The notes under the pieces were generated by a model. It made no database searches. It was not told the DNA's origin and worked only from the letters and a program-made list of their open reading frames with translations. Below, piece by piece: positions 11,467 through 22,578 of a stretch of 64,000 nt of DNA. The stretch lies in NCBI RefSeq assembly GCF_054482525.1, contig NZ_CM137006.1. One strand, 5' to 3'. Within the stretch, counting starts at the first letter, position 1. Each line of letters begins with the position of its first letter. The translations under genes were made by a program, and so were the position numbers.

Positions 11467-12186
11467 TCAGCGGCTCATCAGCACTTCAGCAATATGCATT
11501 ACTTTGACTTTCTGCCCTTCCCGTTGTAATCGCCCACTGATGTTCAGCAGGCAACTCACGTCAGCACCAATTAAATACTCAGGGCGGACTTCCATCAGGT
11601 GCGCAACCTTTTCTTTCACCATCTCGCCGGATATTTCGGCCATTTTGACCGAGAACGTGCCGCCAAATCCGCAGCAGGTATCCTGTTCAGCAAAGGTCAA
11701 CAGCTCCAGTCCACGCACATTTTTCAGCAGCATAAGTGGCTCGTCCTTCACCCCCAGCTTACGGGCCAGGCTACAAGATGGGTGATACACCGCTCTCCCT
11801 TGCAAACTGGCACCTACATCGACTACCCCTAATTTATTAACAATAAAAGAGGTGAGATCCTGCATACGCGCGGCTACCTTTTCGGCACGTGATGCCCATT
11901 CAGGTTCATCCGCCAGATACGTCGGGTAACTTTTTACGGCATAGGTGCAAGAGCCAGCCGGTGAAATAATGGGATCGTCGTTATCCTCCAGTGCGGCGAT
12001 CAGATTTTTCATCCCTGGAATCGCTTCTTTGATATAACCACTATTGATCGCAGGCTGACCGCAGCATCCCTGTTTCTCCGGGAAATTTACGCGACAGCCG
12101 AGTTTTTCCAGTAGCAGCACGGAGTCTCGTGCCATTCTTGATTTCAGGGCGTCACCAATACAGGTGACAAAGAAATTGACATTCAC
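11467..12186 (-). CDS. ykgE: LutA-like Cys-rich (CCG domain) oxidoreductase YkgE
   Basis: 239 aa with CCG motifs; first gene of the ykgEFG operon. Confidence 0.9.
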   Translation of the reverse strand: MNVNFFVTCIGDALKSRMARDSVLLLEKLGCRVNFPEKQGCCGQPAINSGYIKEAIPGMKNLIAALEDNDDPIISPAGSCTYAVKSYPTYLADEPEWASRAEKVAARMQDLTSFIVNKLGVVDVGASLQGRAVYHPSCSLARKLGVKDEPLMLLKNVRGLELLTFAEQDTCCGFGGTFSVKMAEISGEMVKEKVAHLMEVRPEYLIGADVSCLLNISGRLQREGQKVKVMHIAEVLMSR

Positions 12187-12712
12187 AACTAATACTCCAT
12201 TACTTCATGCCCATTTATGCCCGATGGTTCCCCCCACCGGGGGATCAATCATCAATAAATATGGCGTTCTTTTTTAATTGGCTAGCAACATACCACCCCT
12301 CATTTGTATGACAAATGATAATCTTTCATCCAAACTTCAAATGCAATAACTAATTTTATTTCTTTCGGCATCGCTCACATTTTATGGGGAAATCGACGAT
12401 CATTTTTGGCATAAGAAATCCATTTAAAAATGGCTACATCTCTTATACCTATTCAGAGCTACTTATTCAGGGGTTATTGAGATATACACTGATGGTGTAC
12501 AAAAAAATCACCGACAATAATCACGTATCAAGTAATAGTCGGCATTTTATTTAATTGAAGCAATTTAGTTTGCATTTTTATTTAAAAACTGAGCTAGAGT
12601 CCATCAGAAAAAAACATATAAATCCCAAACCACCGTTGGAAATAGAAATAGTTGAAAGGCTCACAACTCCCGGAATGCGGATTATCTTTGCCCTGATTTC
12701 TGGCGGTTTTAT

Positions 12713-13567
12713 TCAGGGTGCAAGCTGTCTGACCCTTTCCCGATATTCTCCCGGGGTACAACCAAACTCGCGAACAAACGCCTTGTGAAAAGATGATTCA
12801 CTGGCATAGCCTACTGACTCAGCGATCACCACAACAGGGAGCGTTTCCCGGGAAAACATCTGGGCCGCTATTTGTAGACGCAACTTTGTTAATACAGACA
12901 GCGGCGTGGTTCCGGAAACATCACGGAAAAGCTGGGCAAAACTTGCCCGGGACATGTGGGCGATGCTGGCCAGCGATTCGACGGTCCAGGCGTGTCCTGG
13001 CATTTCCATCATTTGCTGTATTACCGCACCAAGACGTGGATGCAGAAGCAAACTGAGAATGTTTTTCTCTGTATTAACCTGTGCAATCCATTCACGCACC
13101 GCGAGGGTAAAGAATGTAGCGCAGATCTGGCTACACAGAGCATCCACTCCCGGCATTGCCGATCTGGATTCCTGTTGTAAAAACGGGATCGCCTCCCTCA
13201 GCCAGTTATATTCCACGCTGTGGTTAACCGGTGCTACAAACAGCGTTTCCGGCAAAGACGTTAAAAAATAACGCGCCGAATGTTGCAGCCGAAGAGTGCC
13301 ACAGACAATACAGGTCGATTCATTATCGACATGACTCAGGCGATGAGCTGAATTTTGTGGTAGCAGGACCACATTTCCCGGGCGTAATGTAAAAATCTCT
13401 CCCGTCGGCATTTCCAGCTTCGCCGCTCCTTGCGTTAACGCATGCCAACGAATAACCGACAATTCCCCGGCACCATGTGGAAGTTGCCAGTCACTTCCTA
13501 ACACGCAATTCTTATCGATCGTTCCTTGTGGAGCGTTAAGCATCAACAAACGGCTAAGAGCATCCAT
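12713..13567 (-). CDS. rclR: AraC-family reactive-chlorine-responsive activator RclR
   Basis: 284-aa product from MDALSRLLML; C-terminal AraC HTH; divergent from rclA. Confidence 0.9.
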   Translation of the reverse strand: MDALSRLLMLNAPQGTIDKNCVLGSDWQLPHGAGELSVIRWHALTQGAAKLEMPTGEIFTLRPGNVVLLPQNSAHRLSHVDNESTCIVCGTLRLQHSARYFLTSLPETLFVAPVNHSVEYNWLREAIPFLQQESRSAMPGVDALCSQICATFFTLAVREWIAQVNTEKNILSLLLHPRLGAVIQQMMEMPGHAWTVESLASIAHMSRASFAQLFRDVSGTTPLSVLTKLRLQIAAQMFSRETLPVVVIAESVGYASESSFHKAFVREFGCTPGEYRERVRQLAP

Positions 13568-13793
13568 ATCAGACTCCTGAGTAGTTTTTTGATTACAAAC
13601 ACCAACAATCTTAGTCAATAATTAATCTAATACCATCAAATAGTTAATCATGATTTTTGTTTTGTGATTCTGATTAAGAAAAAGAAAATACCAGACGATA
13701 AGACAAAATATCAAGCGTTGTGAAGAAATGTTATTTGCTCTTTTGCGTCTATAGTCATGATGTCAAATGAACGCGTTTCGACAGGAAATCATC

Positions 13794-15119
13794 ATGAATA
13801 AATATCAGGCAGTTATTATTGGTTTTGGCAAGGCTGGAAAAACATTAGCCGTCACGCTGGCAAAAGCAGGTTGGCGTGTGGCTCTCATCGAACAATCAAA
13901 TGCAATGTATGGCGGGACCTGTATTAATATCGGCTGTATCCCAACCAAAACATTGGTTCATGACGCACAGCAGCACACAGATTTTGTCCGTGCCATACAG
14001 CGTAAAAATGAAGTGGTTAATTTTTTACGTAATAAGAATTTTCATAATCTTGCGGATATGCCCAATATCGACGTGATCGACGGCCAGGCGGAGTTTATCA
14101 ATAATCATAGCCTGCGTGTTCATCGGCCTGAGGGAAATCTGGAAATTCATGGCGAGAAAATTTTTATTAATACCGGTGCACAAACCGTGGTTCCGCCAAT
14201 TCCTGGAATTACCACCACGCCAGGAGTATATGACAGCACCGGATTACTTAATCTAAAAGAATTGCCTGGGCATTTAGGTATTTTGGGCGGCGGATATATT
14301 GGCGTTGAGTTCGCCTCTATGTTCGCTAATTTTGGCAGCAAGGTAACCATTTTAGAAGCAGCTTCGCTGTTTTTGCCTCGGGAAGATCGGGATATTGCTG
14401 ATAATATCGCGACGATTTTACGCGATCAGGGCGTCGATATAATCCTCAATGCCCATGTGGAGCGAATCAGTCACCATGAAAATCAAGTGCAAGTGCATAG
14501 CGAGCACGCCCAACTGGCGGTGGATGCACTGTTAATAGCTTCCGGTCGTCAACCGGCTACCGCTTCGTTACATCCAGAAAATGCAGGTATCGCAGTAAAC
14601 GAGCGCGGGGCAATTGTCGTTGACAAGCAATTACATACCACCGCAGACAATATTTGGGCGATGGGAGATGTTACCGGCGGGCTGCAATTTACTTATATTT
14701 CACTGGATGATTACCGCATTGTGCGTGATGAGTTGCTGGGAGAAGGCAGACGTAGTACTGATGATCGGAAAAATGTGCCTTATTCCGTATTCATGACACC
14801 GCCACTGTCCCGGGTTGGTATGACAGAAGAACAGGCCAGAGAGAGTGGTGCTGATATTCAGGTGGTGACATTGCCTGTAGCTGCAATTCCGCGCGCCAGA
14901 GTGATGAACGATACCCGTGGGGTATTAAAAGCGATTGTTGATAATAAAACCCAACGTATATTAGGGGCATCACTGCTGTGTGTTGACTCCCACGAGATGA
15001 TTAATATAGTGAAAATGGTGATGGATGCCGGGCTGCCTTATAGCATATTACGCGATCAGATATTTACTCATCCGTCGATGAGCGAATCACTCAATGATCT
15101 ATTTTCATTACTCAAATAA
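13794..15119 (+). CDS. rclA: Flavoprotein disulfide reductase RclA
   Basis: 441 aa starting MNKYQAVIIGFGKAGK; FAD/NAD Rossmann motifs and CINIGC redox-active site. Confidence 0.93.
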   Translation: MNKYQAVIIGFGKAGKTLAVTLAKAGWRVALIEQSNAMYGGTCINIGCIPTKTLVHDAQQHTDFVRAIQRKNEVVNFLRNKNFHNLADMPNIDVIDGQAEFINNHSLRVHRPEGNLEIHGEKIFINTGAQTVVPPIPGITTTPGVYDSTGLLNLKELPGHLGILGGGYIGVEFASMFANFGSKVTILEAASLFLPREDRDIADNIATILRDQGVDIILNAHVERISHHENQVQVHSEHAQLAVDALLIASGRQPATASLHPENAGIAVNERGAIVVDKQLHTTADNIWAMGDVTGGLQFTYISLDDYRIVRDELLGEGRRSTDDRKNVPYSVFMTPPLSRVGMTEEQARESGADIQVVTLPVAAIPRARVMNDTRGVLKAIVDNKTQRILGASLLCVDSHEMINIVKMVMDAGLPYSILRDQIFTHPSMSESLNDLFSLLK

Positions 15120-15227
15120 ACTCAAAATCAGACGCCAGGACAAATATTCTGGCGTCTCAGAGAAAAGAATCTTATTAATTCCCTGTTATTATATAACTTC
15201 TTAATCACTTCATTGATGGTATTTTAT

Positions 15228-15464
15228 ATGTTTAAAAAATCTGTTTTATTTGCAACACTATTATCTGGCGTTATGGCATTTTCCACCAATGCAGATGATA
15301 AAATAATTCTGAAACATATCAGCGTCTCGTCAGTATCAGCATCACCGACAGTTCTTGAGGATGCCATTGCTGATATAGCCAGAAAATATAATGCTTCATC
15401 CTGGAAAGTCACATCGATGCGAATTGATAATAATTCAACCGCAACAGCAGTATTGTATAAATAA
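15228..15464 (+). CDS. rclB: Small periplasmic protein RclB (DUF1471-like)
   Basis: 78 aa with a signal peptide, MFKKSVLFATLLSGVMAFSTNA. Confidence 0.85.
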   Translation: MFKKSVLFATLLSGVMAFSTNADDKIILKHISVSSVSASPTVLEDAIADIARKYNASSWKVTSMRIDNNSTATAVLYK

Positions 15465-15475
15465 GGATGTTCACA

Positions 15476-16069
15476 ATGGAAAAATACCTGCACCTGTTAA
15501 GTCGGGGAGATAAAATTGGCCTGACATTGATTCGTCTGAGTATTGCGATTGTTTTTATGTGGATTGGGTTATTAAAGTTTGTCCCTTACGAGGCAGACAG
15601 CATTACACCATTCGTCGCAAACAGTCCACTAATGTCGTTCTTTTATGAACACCCGGAAGACTATAAACAGTATCTGACTCACGAAGGCGAATACAAACCA
15701 GAAGCAAGGGCATGGCAAACGGCCAATAATACCTATGGTTTTTCCAACGGTCTTGGCGTCGTGGAGGTGATTATTGCTCTGCTGGTTTTGGCTAATCCTG
15801 TCAATCGCTGGTTAGGTTTATTGGGAGGGCTGATGGCATTTACCACACCGTTGGTAACACTCTCATTTTTAATCACCACCCCGGAGGCATGGGTACCCGC
15901 ATTGGGTGACGCTCATCATGGTTTCCCTTATTTATCCGGTGCTGGTCGCCTGGTATTGAAAGATACTCTGATGCTGGCAGGTGCTGTCATGATAATGGCA
16001 GATTCGGCGCGGGACATTCTTAAACAACGCAGTAATGAATCCAGTTCAACGTTAAAAACTGAATATTGA
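15476..16069 (+). CDS. rclC: Inner-membrane protein RclC
   Basis: 197-aa hydrophobic protein starting MEKYLHLLSRGDKIGL. Confidence 0.88.
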   Translation: MEKYLHLLSRGDKIGLTLIRLSIAIVFMWIGLLKFVPYEADSITPFVANSPLMSFFYEHPEDYKQYLTHEGEYKPEARAWQTANNTYGFSNGLGVVEVIIALLVLANPVNRWLGLLGGLMAFTTPLVTLSFLITTPEAWVPALGDAHHGFPYLSGAGRLVLKDTLMLAGAVMIMADSARDILKQRSNESSSTLKTEY

Positions 16070-16228
16070 TAATCCGAACACTGTCTGTTGTTCACTTTTT
16101 CAGGCGTCAGGCCCCCTTTCTGATAATGAAGCCTGACGCCATATTACCGGAGATATGACAGAGTGAAGATCAATATCACTCCCCTGTTAAAAGATTCTTG
16201 TCGTCTCAGGTAAAATACATGATTAATA

Positions 16229-17113
16229 TCAATCATGTATTTTTACAGCAAGACAACCACGAACAAACTCAGGATTAAAATGTTTTACCGATTCCCCAAC
16301 ATAACCCAAATCAAGCGAACTAATTTGCGCTATTTCTTTCTCTGTCAGTGAGAAATCCCAAATAGCAAAATTTTCTTCGATACGCTGTTGATGTGTCGAT
16401 TTCGGAATAACGACCACTCCCCGTTGAATATTCCAACGCAGAATGACCTGAGAAATCGATTTTTGATGGGCATCTGCAATACTCTGAAGCAGATTATTTT
16501 CAAAGGGTTTATGTCGTCCACCACCTAACGGAGCCCATGCTTCAGGCTGCACGTTATAATACTTCATGGTTGCCAGCGCCTCTGGTTGGGCAAAATAGGG
16601 ATGCAACTCGACCTGGTTGACCATCGGTTTAACTCTTACCGTTTCACAAAAGTTCGCCAGAACATGAGGGTAGAAATTGGAAACCCCAATCGCTTTTAAT
16701 TTGCCCTCTTCATAGGCATCTTCGAGTGCACGCCACGCACTGAAATAATCGCGCATGGCCTGGTGCAATAAATAGAGGTCGAAGTATTCTAGTCCCGATT
16801 TTTTTAATGACGCTTCAATACCTGCTTTTGCCGTATCCTGATTCAACATATCCTGCACCCACAATTTAGACGTTATAAATAACTCTTCTCGGGTACATAA
16901 ACCTTCAGATATGGCTTCACGAACGGCTTCACCGACGGCATCTTCATTACCGTATACCGCTGCAGTGTCGATGAGTCGATAACCCGTGCGGATAGCATTC
17001 AACACTGACTGTTTGCACACGTTTTTATCGGTAACCTGAAAAACACCAAATCCCATCATCGGCATTTTCAGATTGTTACTTAATACGGAAAATTCCACTG
17101 TCAGTCCCTCCAT
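16229..17113 (-). CDS. Aldo-keto reductase (DkgA/DkgB-like), intact
   Basis: AKR motifs ([20 protein letters not shown]); divergent from the Rob-like regulator; a K-12 pseudogene (name not recalled with certainty) appears to be the remnant. Confidence 0.8.
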   Translation of the reverse strand: MEGLTVEFSVLSNNLKMPMMGFGVFQVTDKNVCKQSVLNAIRTGYRLIDTAAVYGNEDAVGEAVREAISEGLCTREELFITSKLWVQDMLNQDTAKAGIEASLKKSGLEYFDLYLLHQAMRDYFSAWRALEDAYEEGKLKAIGVSNFYPHVLANFCETVRVKPMVNQVELHPYFAQPEALATMKYYNVQPEAWAPLGGGRHKPFENNLLQSIADAHQKSISQVILRWNIQRGVVVIPKSTHQQRIEENFAIWDFSLTEKEIAQISSLDLGYVGESVKHFNPEFVRGCLAVKIHD

Positions 17114-17313
17114 TAGGCATGAACAATGAGTCTACGTTAAAACATAACCTCAAATTAGTATGTGGATTTTGATATCACTTATGCAAAAAATTCATTAATA
17201 ATGTAGGGCTGAAACCTCTCTATTTTCGGGGACAACGAAGCAGACGCTACCAGTGCTTTTGCCTTGGGCCTTGCTGTTTTTGATACACTTAGGGCCCAGG
17301 GCATAACGAAAAT

Positions 17314-18204
17314 GTGCGATATGACAAAGAATTAATGGAGAATGTGATGATCAGGCAGAAGATTCTACAGCAGCTCCTGGAGTGGATTGAGTGCAATCTT
17401 GAGCACCCTATTTCAATCGAAGATATCGCACAGAAATCTGGCTACAGCAGACGCAACATCCAGCTTCTGTTCCGAAATTTCATGCATGTGCCTTTGGGAG
17501 AATACATTCGCAAACGAAGGCTTTGTCGTGCCGCCATTCTTGTCCGGCTCACCGCGAAATCTATGCTTGATATTGCACTCTCTTTGCATTTTGATTCACA
17601 GCAGTCATTCAGCCGCGAATTTAAAAAGTTATTCGGCTGCTCTCCCCGTGAATACCGCCACCGTGATTATTGGGATCTCGCAAATATCTTCCCTTCTTTT
17701 TTAATACGTCAACAGCAAAAGACGGAGTGTAAATTAGTCAACTTTCCTGAGACACCTATTTTTGGCGATTCATTTAAATATGACATTGAAGTGTCGAATA
17801 AATCACCGGATGAAGAAGTCAAACTGCGACGTCATCATTTAGCCAGATGTATGAAGAGTTTTAAGACGGATATCTATTTCGTCTCCACATTCGAACCGTC
17901 AACAAAATCGGTCGATTTGCTCACAGTTGAAACTTTTTCCGGTACGGTATGCAAACAAACCGATTCAGAGATGTCGAAAGAGTGGACAATTAACCGAGGA
18001 CTGTATGCCTCTTTCCGCTATGAAGGTGAGTGGGAGCACTACCCTGAATGGGCGCGAAACCTCTATCTGATGGAATTACCTGCCAGGGGGTTAGCCAGAG
18101 TGAACGGCAGTGATATTGAGCGATTTTATTACAATGAAAACTTCGTCGAAATTGATAGCAATAACATTGTTTGCGAAATTTTTATCCCCGTTCGCCCGGT
18201 TTAG
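17314..18204 (+). CDS. ykgA: Rob-like AraC/XylS regulator (MarA-type dual HTH + GyrI-like effector domain), intact
   Basis: N-terminus aligns to the Rob/MarA HTH region (DIALSLHFDSQQSFSREFKKLFGCSPREYR); C-terminus DIERFYYNE...IPVRPV is Rob-like; the true start may be an internal Met. Confidence 0.75.
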   Translation: MRYDKELMENVMIRQKILQQLLEWIECNLEHPISIEDIAQKSGYSRRNIQLLFRNFMHVPLGEYIRKRRLCRAAILVRLTAKSMLDIALSLHFDSQQSFSREFKKLFGCSPREYRHRDYWDLANIFPSFLIRQQQKTECKLVNFPETPIFGDSFKYDIEVSNKSPDEEVKLRRHHLARCMKSFKTDIYFVSTFEPSTKSVDLLTVETFSGTVCKQTDSEMSKEWTINRGLYASFRYEGEWEHYPEWARNLYLMELPARGLARVNGSDIERFYYNENFVEIDSNNIVCEIFIPVRPV

Positions 18205-18258
18205 CTGTAGCGATGTTTACATGAATTTATAACGAGACTACTGTCAGGCAATTCAATA

Positions 18259-18295
18259 AATAATGGCGTTGAAGATGTCAACGCCATTATTGTTT
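18259..18295. terminator. Bidirectional hairpin terminator between ykgA and eaeH
   Basis: 13-bp inverted repeat ATAATGGCGTTGA / TCAACGCCATTAT flanked by A- and T-runs. Confidence 0.6.
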
Positions 18296-18324
18296 ATTAG
18301 AATGTTACTTTCATATTCTTAATA

Positions 18325-21300
18325 TTACTTCATCGCCTCCTCGCCCTTTGCCGTATCGGCATCCACCGCGGTTATGGTCACCGTCACTGGCTTCATTTCG
18401 TACCCGCCATAGGTCAGGGCGTTAAATGTGAACGTATAGACACCAGGCTTGCTGGTACTAAATGTACGCGTGATTTTTCCGCTCACGAAATGGTCATTTT
18501 TCGACGGCAGGAATTGATAATCCTTCTCCGTCACTCCTTCCGGAGCCTCAATGTCGACCCACACATTCCCCCCAACAGGGTTATTTGCCGAGAACAGGGT
18601 AACCTCCAGCTTCGCAGTCGATTTCCCATCCGCCACCAGCGATTGCACATCAGATGATGCGGTGAGCTCCGCGTTTTTATCATCCGCGACGAATTTAGAT
18701 TCGGCAGTTTTCGTTGATACCTGACCGTTGGTCTGACTCACTTGCGCCTTGAGTGTGTATGTCGCCGCAACAGTAGTGGTAGCGGTGAAAATAGCCTGCC
18801 CTTGCTCATTCGTTGTCGCAGTGCCATTCGGTTCCAGGTTTAACGAAGCCGGGCTGGCAGTCAGCGTCACGTCGCTATCTTTCAACAGGTTGTTATTGGC
18901 ATCAGTCACCGTAACTTTATACGTCTGTTTGGCTTTGCCGTCCGCCAGTGCATAGTTGCCAATCATCTCAATACTGGAAACGGTTGCGGTAGCCTTATCG
19001 GCTACAAACGTTATAGTCTGCGCATCTGAAGGCTGGTCATTTCCTGCCGACGCCGTGATCTCATAGGTTCCGGCAGTCACGGAAACCACCTGCAACTCTG
19101 CTTTCCCCTCATCGTTGGCTTTCACCCAGACATTATCGCCAGTAAGCGGCTTGACACCCCGGGGCAGATTAAAGGTCACCAGTGTGCCTGGAACAGGGTT
19201 ACCGTTTTTATCCTCAACGGTCACCGTCAGCGTAAAGGCATCTTTGCCGTTTGCCACTTTTTGAACGGCGGTGTCTACCTGCAGGTTTGCCTGACCGGTG
19301 CTGGCATCCGCGTTGAATTTCACCGTGACCGTCTTCTGAGAGTTTTTCACCGCGGCCGCGATTTCAAGTTCCCCTGCAACGGTTGATATCAATTCAATAT
19401 CCGCTTTACCTGCCGCATTGGTTGTTACTGTATTCCCCGTCTTGCTAGTCACACCCTGCGGTAAAGTCAGCGTAACTTCTTGCCCCTGCAACGGGTTACC
19501 ATAGCTGTCCACGACGGTCAGGGTTACCTGGTTAGCAGACTGTCCATTTGCCAGTTGGTTATTCACCTTCACCGCCATATCACTGATCACTGCCCGGGAA
19601 GCGTCGCCTGCAACATTCAGCACCAGTGGCTGAGCAACGGCATTTTGGCCGTTCACTCGCGGCATCACAGACAACTGACCCGCGGCAGATCCCAGCGTTA
19701 AGGTCGCCACGTAGACCCCATTACCTTTCTCTGTCCAGTTTCCTGCTGAAGGACGCTCACTCCCCGTGCTGGCGGCACCGCTAAACACTGGTGCATCTGG
19801 CTTCAGCCCGGTGACCGAGTTCCCATACGCATCCTTCACGGTGAAGGTGAGTTCCGTCGTCGTTTTGACGGTCGGAGCCTTATTGTCCGCAACAAGCGTA
19901 GAGTTCGCTGATGACATCTCTCCGGCGATGACCGTCAACTGTGCGGCTTCGGTGGCTGCTGGCTGGCCGTTGAAGAGCGGCATGACGCGAAGCTCGCCCG
20001 TCTTTCCGCCTGTAGTCAACGTAGCAACATAGGAACCGTCACCTTTTTCGGTCCAACTGGAAACGGTCGCCCCTTCAGAGGCGGTCCCCGTCAAACTTGC
20101 CGACAACGAAAGACCACTGATAGCGTTGCCATGTGCATCTTTTGCAATAAGCGTCACGGTTGTGCTTTCGCCGGCTTTTACGTGATCTTCTGCGACAGAG
20201 ACTTTCGACTGGTTTGAAGATAACGCATCAGCCACCACGGTTACTTTTGCCGCATTTGCTGCCGCATCCTGTCCATTTAGCTTCGGCATAACTTCTAATT
20301 CACCCGCCGTAGAGCCGAGAGTAATCTGCGCAGTCCACGTCCCATCACCATTATTTGTCCAGCCCGATGCCGTAGAACCTACAGCAGCGGCACCCGCTAA
20401 TGACGGCGCTTCCGGCGTGAGGCTGGTCACAGGGTTGTCATAGGCATCTTTTACCGTCCAGATTGCCGTAACTGTACCCCCAACCACCGGTTTATCAGGA
20501 TTCAGGGTGATGGACGAATGTGCTGCATCAAGCGGCCCGGCAACAAACTTCAGCGTTTGTTGTAATGTGCCCAGTTGATACTGCTCGCTGAAGGCACGTA
20601 CAACAACGTTTCCGGCACGGGTCGAAGAAACCGTGGCGCTGTAAACCCCTGGTTTTATTTCCGAAATGGCACCAACGGTAACACCATTAGTGTCTTGCGG
20701 AACAAGTCGCAGGCGGATGGCTTCTCCCGTCACCGGATTACCCTCGGAGTCCACCGCAGTCAGCGTCAGCGTGTAGGCTTGCTGACCATCAGCAACCACG
20801 TCACCTGACGGCTCGTTAGCGCTCAGGGTGGAGTTTGCCACATCCATCATCGTGGCCCGCAGTTCTGCAGTGACGGTTTTGCTCATGCCATCAACGCTAA
20901 CAGTAATCGTTGCCTCACCTGACTGCGTTCCGGTAGTAAAGACAGACTGATACACCCCTGCTTCAGTTTCGGTGAACTCACCCAGTGTTGGCTTTGCCTG
21001 TGATTTAGTGGCCTTCAGGGTACGAGTCACAATATTTCCAGCCGGTTTGAAGGTTAGTTCAGTCTTGATCTGATCTTTCATGCCCGTGACTGGCTGGCCC
21101 TCGGCGTCGCGCAGAGACAGCACCAGCGGCTTTTGCTCATTACCGTTAGCAAGCATTTGAATACGGCTCTGACCGTCAAGCGTTAACGCCGTACGATCGG
21201 CGCTCATACCAGCTCCGCTAATAACCACTTCTGTCTGCACACGTTTCGAGGCATTGCCTTTGTTATCGTAGGCAATCGCTGAAATCGCATAATAATTGTC

Positions 21301-22578
21301 TTTGCCTGGACGATAAGCCGGGAGCGTTACTTGCCACTGACTACCCTGACCGGTAATTTTGCCACCTTCAGCCAGTAATGACGGCGCTTCCCACTGCACA
21401 TTTTTCAGTCCGTGAGTTGCTTTGCTGACCACAAGCCCCAGGGAAACCGTCTGACCGCCCTTACCTTCAATCCGCTCAGGCAGAGCAATACGGATCACTT
21501 CAGATTTGCGGTACTCAAGAACGATGTTGTTATTACGCTCAACCAGGTCATAGCGGCTGCCTGCCAGCATTCGACGCTCGCGAATGCTGTCTGTATCGAG
21601 TTGTTTTTGCAGAGGTTCGCCAATCCGATAATTAACTTCCAGGCCAAAGCGAGTGTCATTCTCACCACTCTTGCCCTGCTTATGCCCGGCACTCAGGGTC
21701 AGAAGAGGCACTGGCGTGTAATTCACTTCAGCGGTAATCGCATGTGGATCTTTCTGGCGTTTATCTTTGCCAAACAGCCCGACTTCATCGCCATAATACT
21801 GCTCATACATCAGGCTTGCGCCAAGCTGCGGCCAGGCGGGTAAATAGCCCTCAGCACGAATATCCCAGCCATTCGCCGGGCGTTCCTGATAATCCTCAAC
21901 ATCCGGCGATTTTTTCCAGCCAGAAGCCCGGATATAACCATTGGCGCTCAATTTCAAATAATCACGCCAGTATTCCGCACCAACACCAATGCGGGTATGA
22001 CTACGGGATAAATCATGGTCGATAAAGGTGTTCACCCCCGCCATCCAGTCATTTCCTGAAAAATGACGCCAGCCAAAACCAATATTTGACTGAGTACGAT
22101 CGTCGGTACGATGTATTGCTCCCTGAGTGAACAACATATTTGTCGGCGTATCATAAATAGGATAAAGCATTTCCAGCGAAGAATCCTTCAGCGAGAATTC
22201 TTTATCGACATTCAGTTTGACGCGCGCAGTACCATATTTCCCGAGCCACTCCTGTATTTCCTGGTTAGCTTTAGCTGTGGCCATTCCGGTAATAAAGTTA
22301 CGTGTCGCATCGCTATCTGGCTGACTGCTTAAAAATGTCCCGGCATTTGCGGCAAACGACGCGACATTTTTCTCCACATTATTATCAGCAGCTACCGTGG
22401 TATTTTCCATGCTCAACCGTGGCTGAACCGCATGCTGCGCGCGTGCCGCCATTACTGGGGTAAAGGTGACAGCGAGTGGAAAAAGAACCTGAACAGAGAT
22501 ATTTGCCCACGCCACGCAGCGGGCCAGAACTGAATAACGAAATCGTGGTTGTTTATGACCTGTTTTATAACGTGACAT
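18325..22578 (-). CDS. eaeH: Intimin/invasin-like inverse autotransporter adhesin EaeH (FdeC), full length
   Basis: 1417-aa ORF with N-terminal signal and beta-barrel region followed by many Big-like repeats; uninterrupted, unlike the IS3-disrupted K-12 allele. Confidence 0.9.
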   Translation of the reverse strand: MSRYKTGHKQPRFRYSVLARCVAWANISVQVLFPLAVTFTPVMAARAQHAVQPRLSMENTTVAADNNVEKNVASFAANAGTFLSSQPDSDATRNFITGMATAKANQEIQEWLGKYGTARVKLNVDKEFSLKDSSLEMLYPIYDTPTNMLFTQGAIHRTDDRTQSNIGFGWRHFSGNDWMAGVNTFIDHDLSRSHTRIGVGAEYWRDYLKLSANGYIRASGWKKSPDVEDYQERPANGWDIRAEGYLPAWPQLGASLMYEQYYGDEVGLFGKDKRQKDPHAITAEVNYTPVPLLTLSAGHKQGKSGENDTRFGLEVNYRIGEPLQKQLDTDSIRERRMLAGSRYDLVERNNNIVLEYRKSEVIRIALPERIEGKGGQTVSLGLVVSKATHGLKNVQWEAPSLLAEGGKITGQGSQWQVTLPAYRPGKDNYYAISAIAYDNKGNASKRVQTEVVISGAGMSADRTALTLDGQSRIQMLANGNEQKPLVLSLRDAEGQPVTGMKDQIKTELTFKPAGNIVTRTLKATKSQAKPTLGEFTETEAGVYQSVFTTGTQSGEATITVSVDGMSKTVTAELRATMMDVANSTLSANEPSGDVVADGQQAYTLTLTAVDSEGNPVTGEAIRLRLVPQDTNGVTVGAISEIKPGVYSATVSSTRAGNVVVRAFSEQYQLGTLQQTLKFVAGPLDAAHSSITLNPDKPVVGGTVTAIWTVKDAYDNPVTSLTPEAPSLAGAAAVGSTASGWTNNGDGTWTAQITLGSTAGELEVMPKLNGQDAAANAAKVTVVADALSSNQSKVSVAEDHVKAGESTTVTLIAKDAHGNAISGLSLSASLTGTASEGATVSSWTEKGDGSYVATLTTGGKTGELRVMPLFNGQPAATEAAQLTVIAGEMSSANSTLVADNKAPTVKTTTELTFTVKDAYGNSVTGLKPDAPVFSGAASTGSERPSAGNWTEKGNGVYVATLTLGSAAGQLSVMPRVNGQNAVAQPLVLNVAGDASRAVISDMAVKVNNQLANGQSANQVTLTVVDSYGNPLQGQEVTLTLPQGVTSKTGNTVTTNAAGKADIELISTVAGELEIAAAVKNSQKTVTVKFNADASTGQANLQVDTAVQKVANGKDAFTLTVTVEDKNGNPVPGTLVTFNLPRGVKPLTGDNVWVKANDEGKAELQVVSVTAGTYEITASAGNDQPSDAQTITFVADKATATVSSIEMIGNYALADGKAKQTYKVTVTDANNNLLKDSDVTLTASPASLNLEPNGTATTNEQGQAIFTATTTVAATYTLKAQVSQTNGQVSTKTAESKFVADDKNAELTASSDVQSLVADGKSTAKLEVTLFSANNPVGGNVWVDIEAPEGVTEKDYQFLPSKNDHFVSGKITRTFSTSKPGVYTFTFNALTYGGYEMKPVTVTITAVDADTAKGEEAMK

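Noticed and set aside
16105-16142. Inverted repeat GGCGTCAGGC...GCCTGACGCC downstream of rclC as a terminator
   Set aside because: Loop is about 18 nt and there is no following T-run; possible but weak, so not listed as a feature
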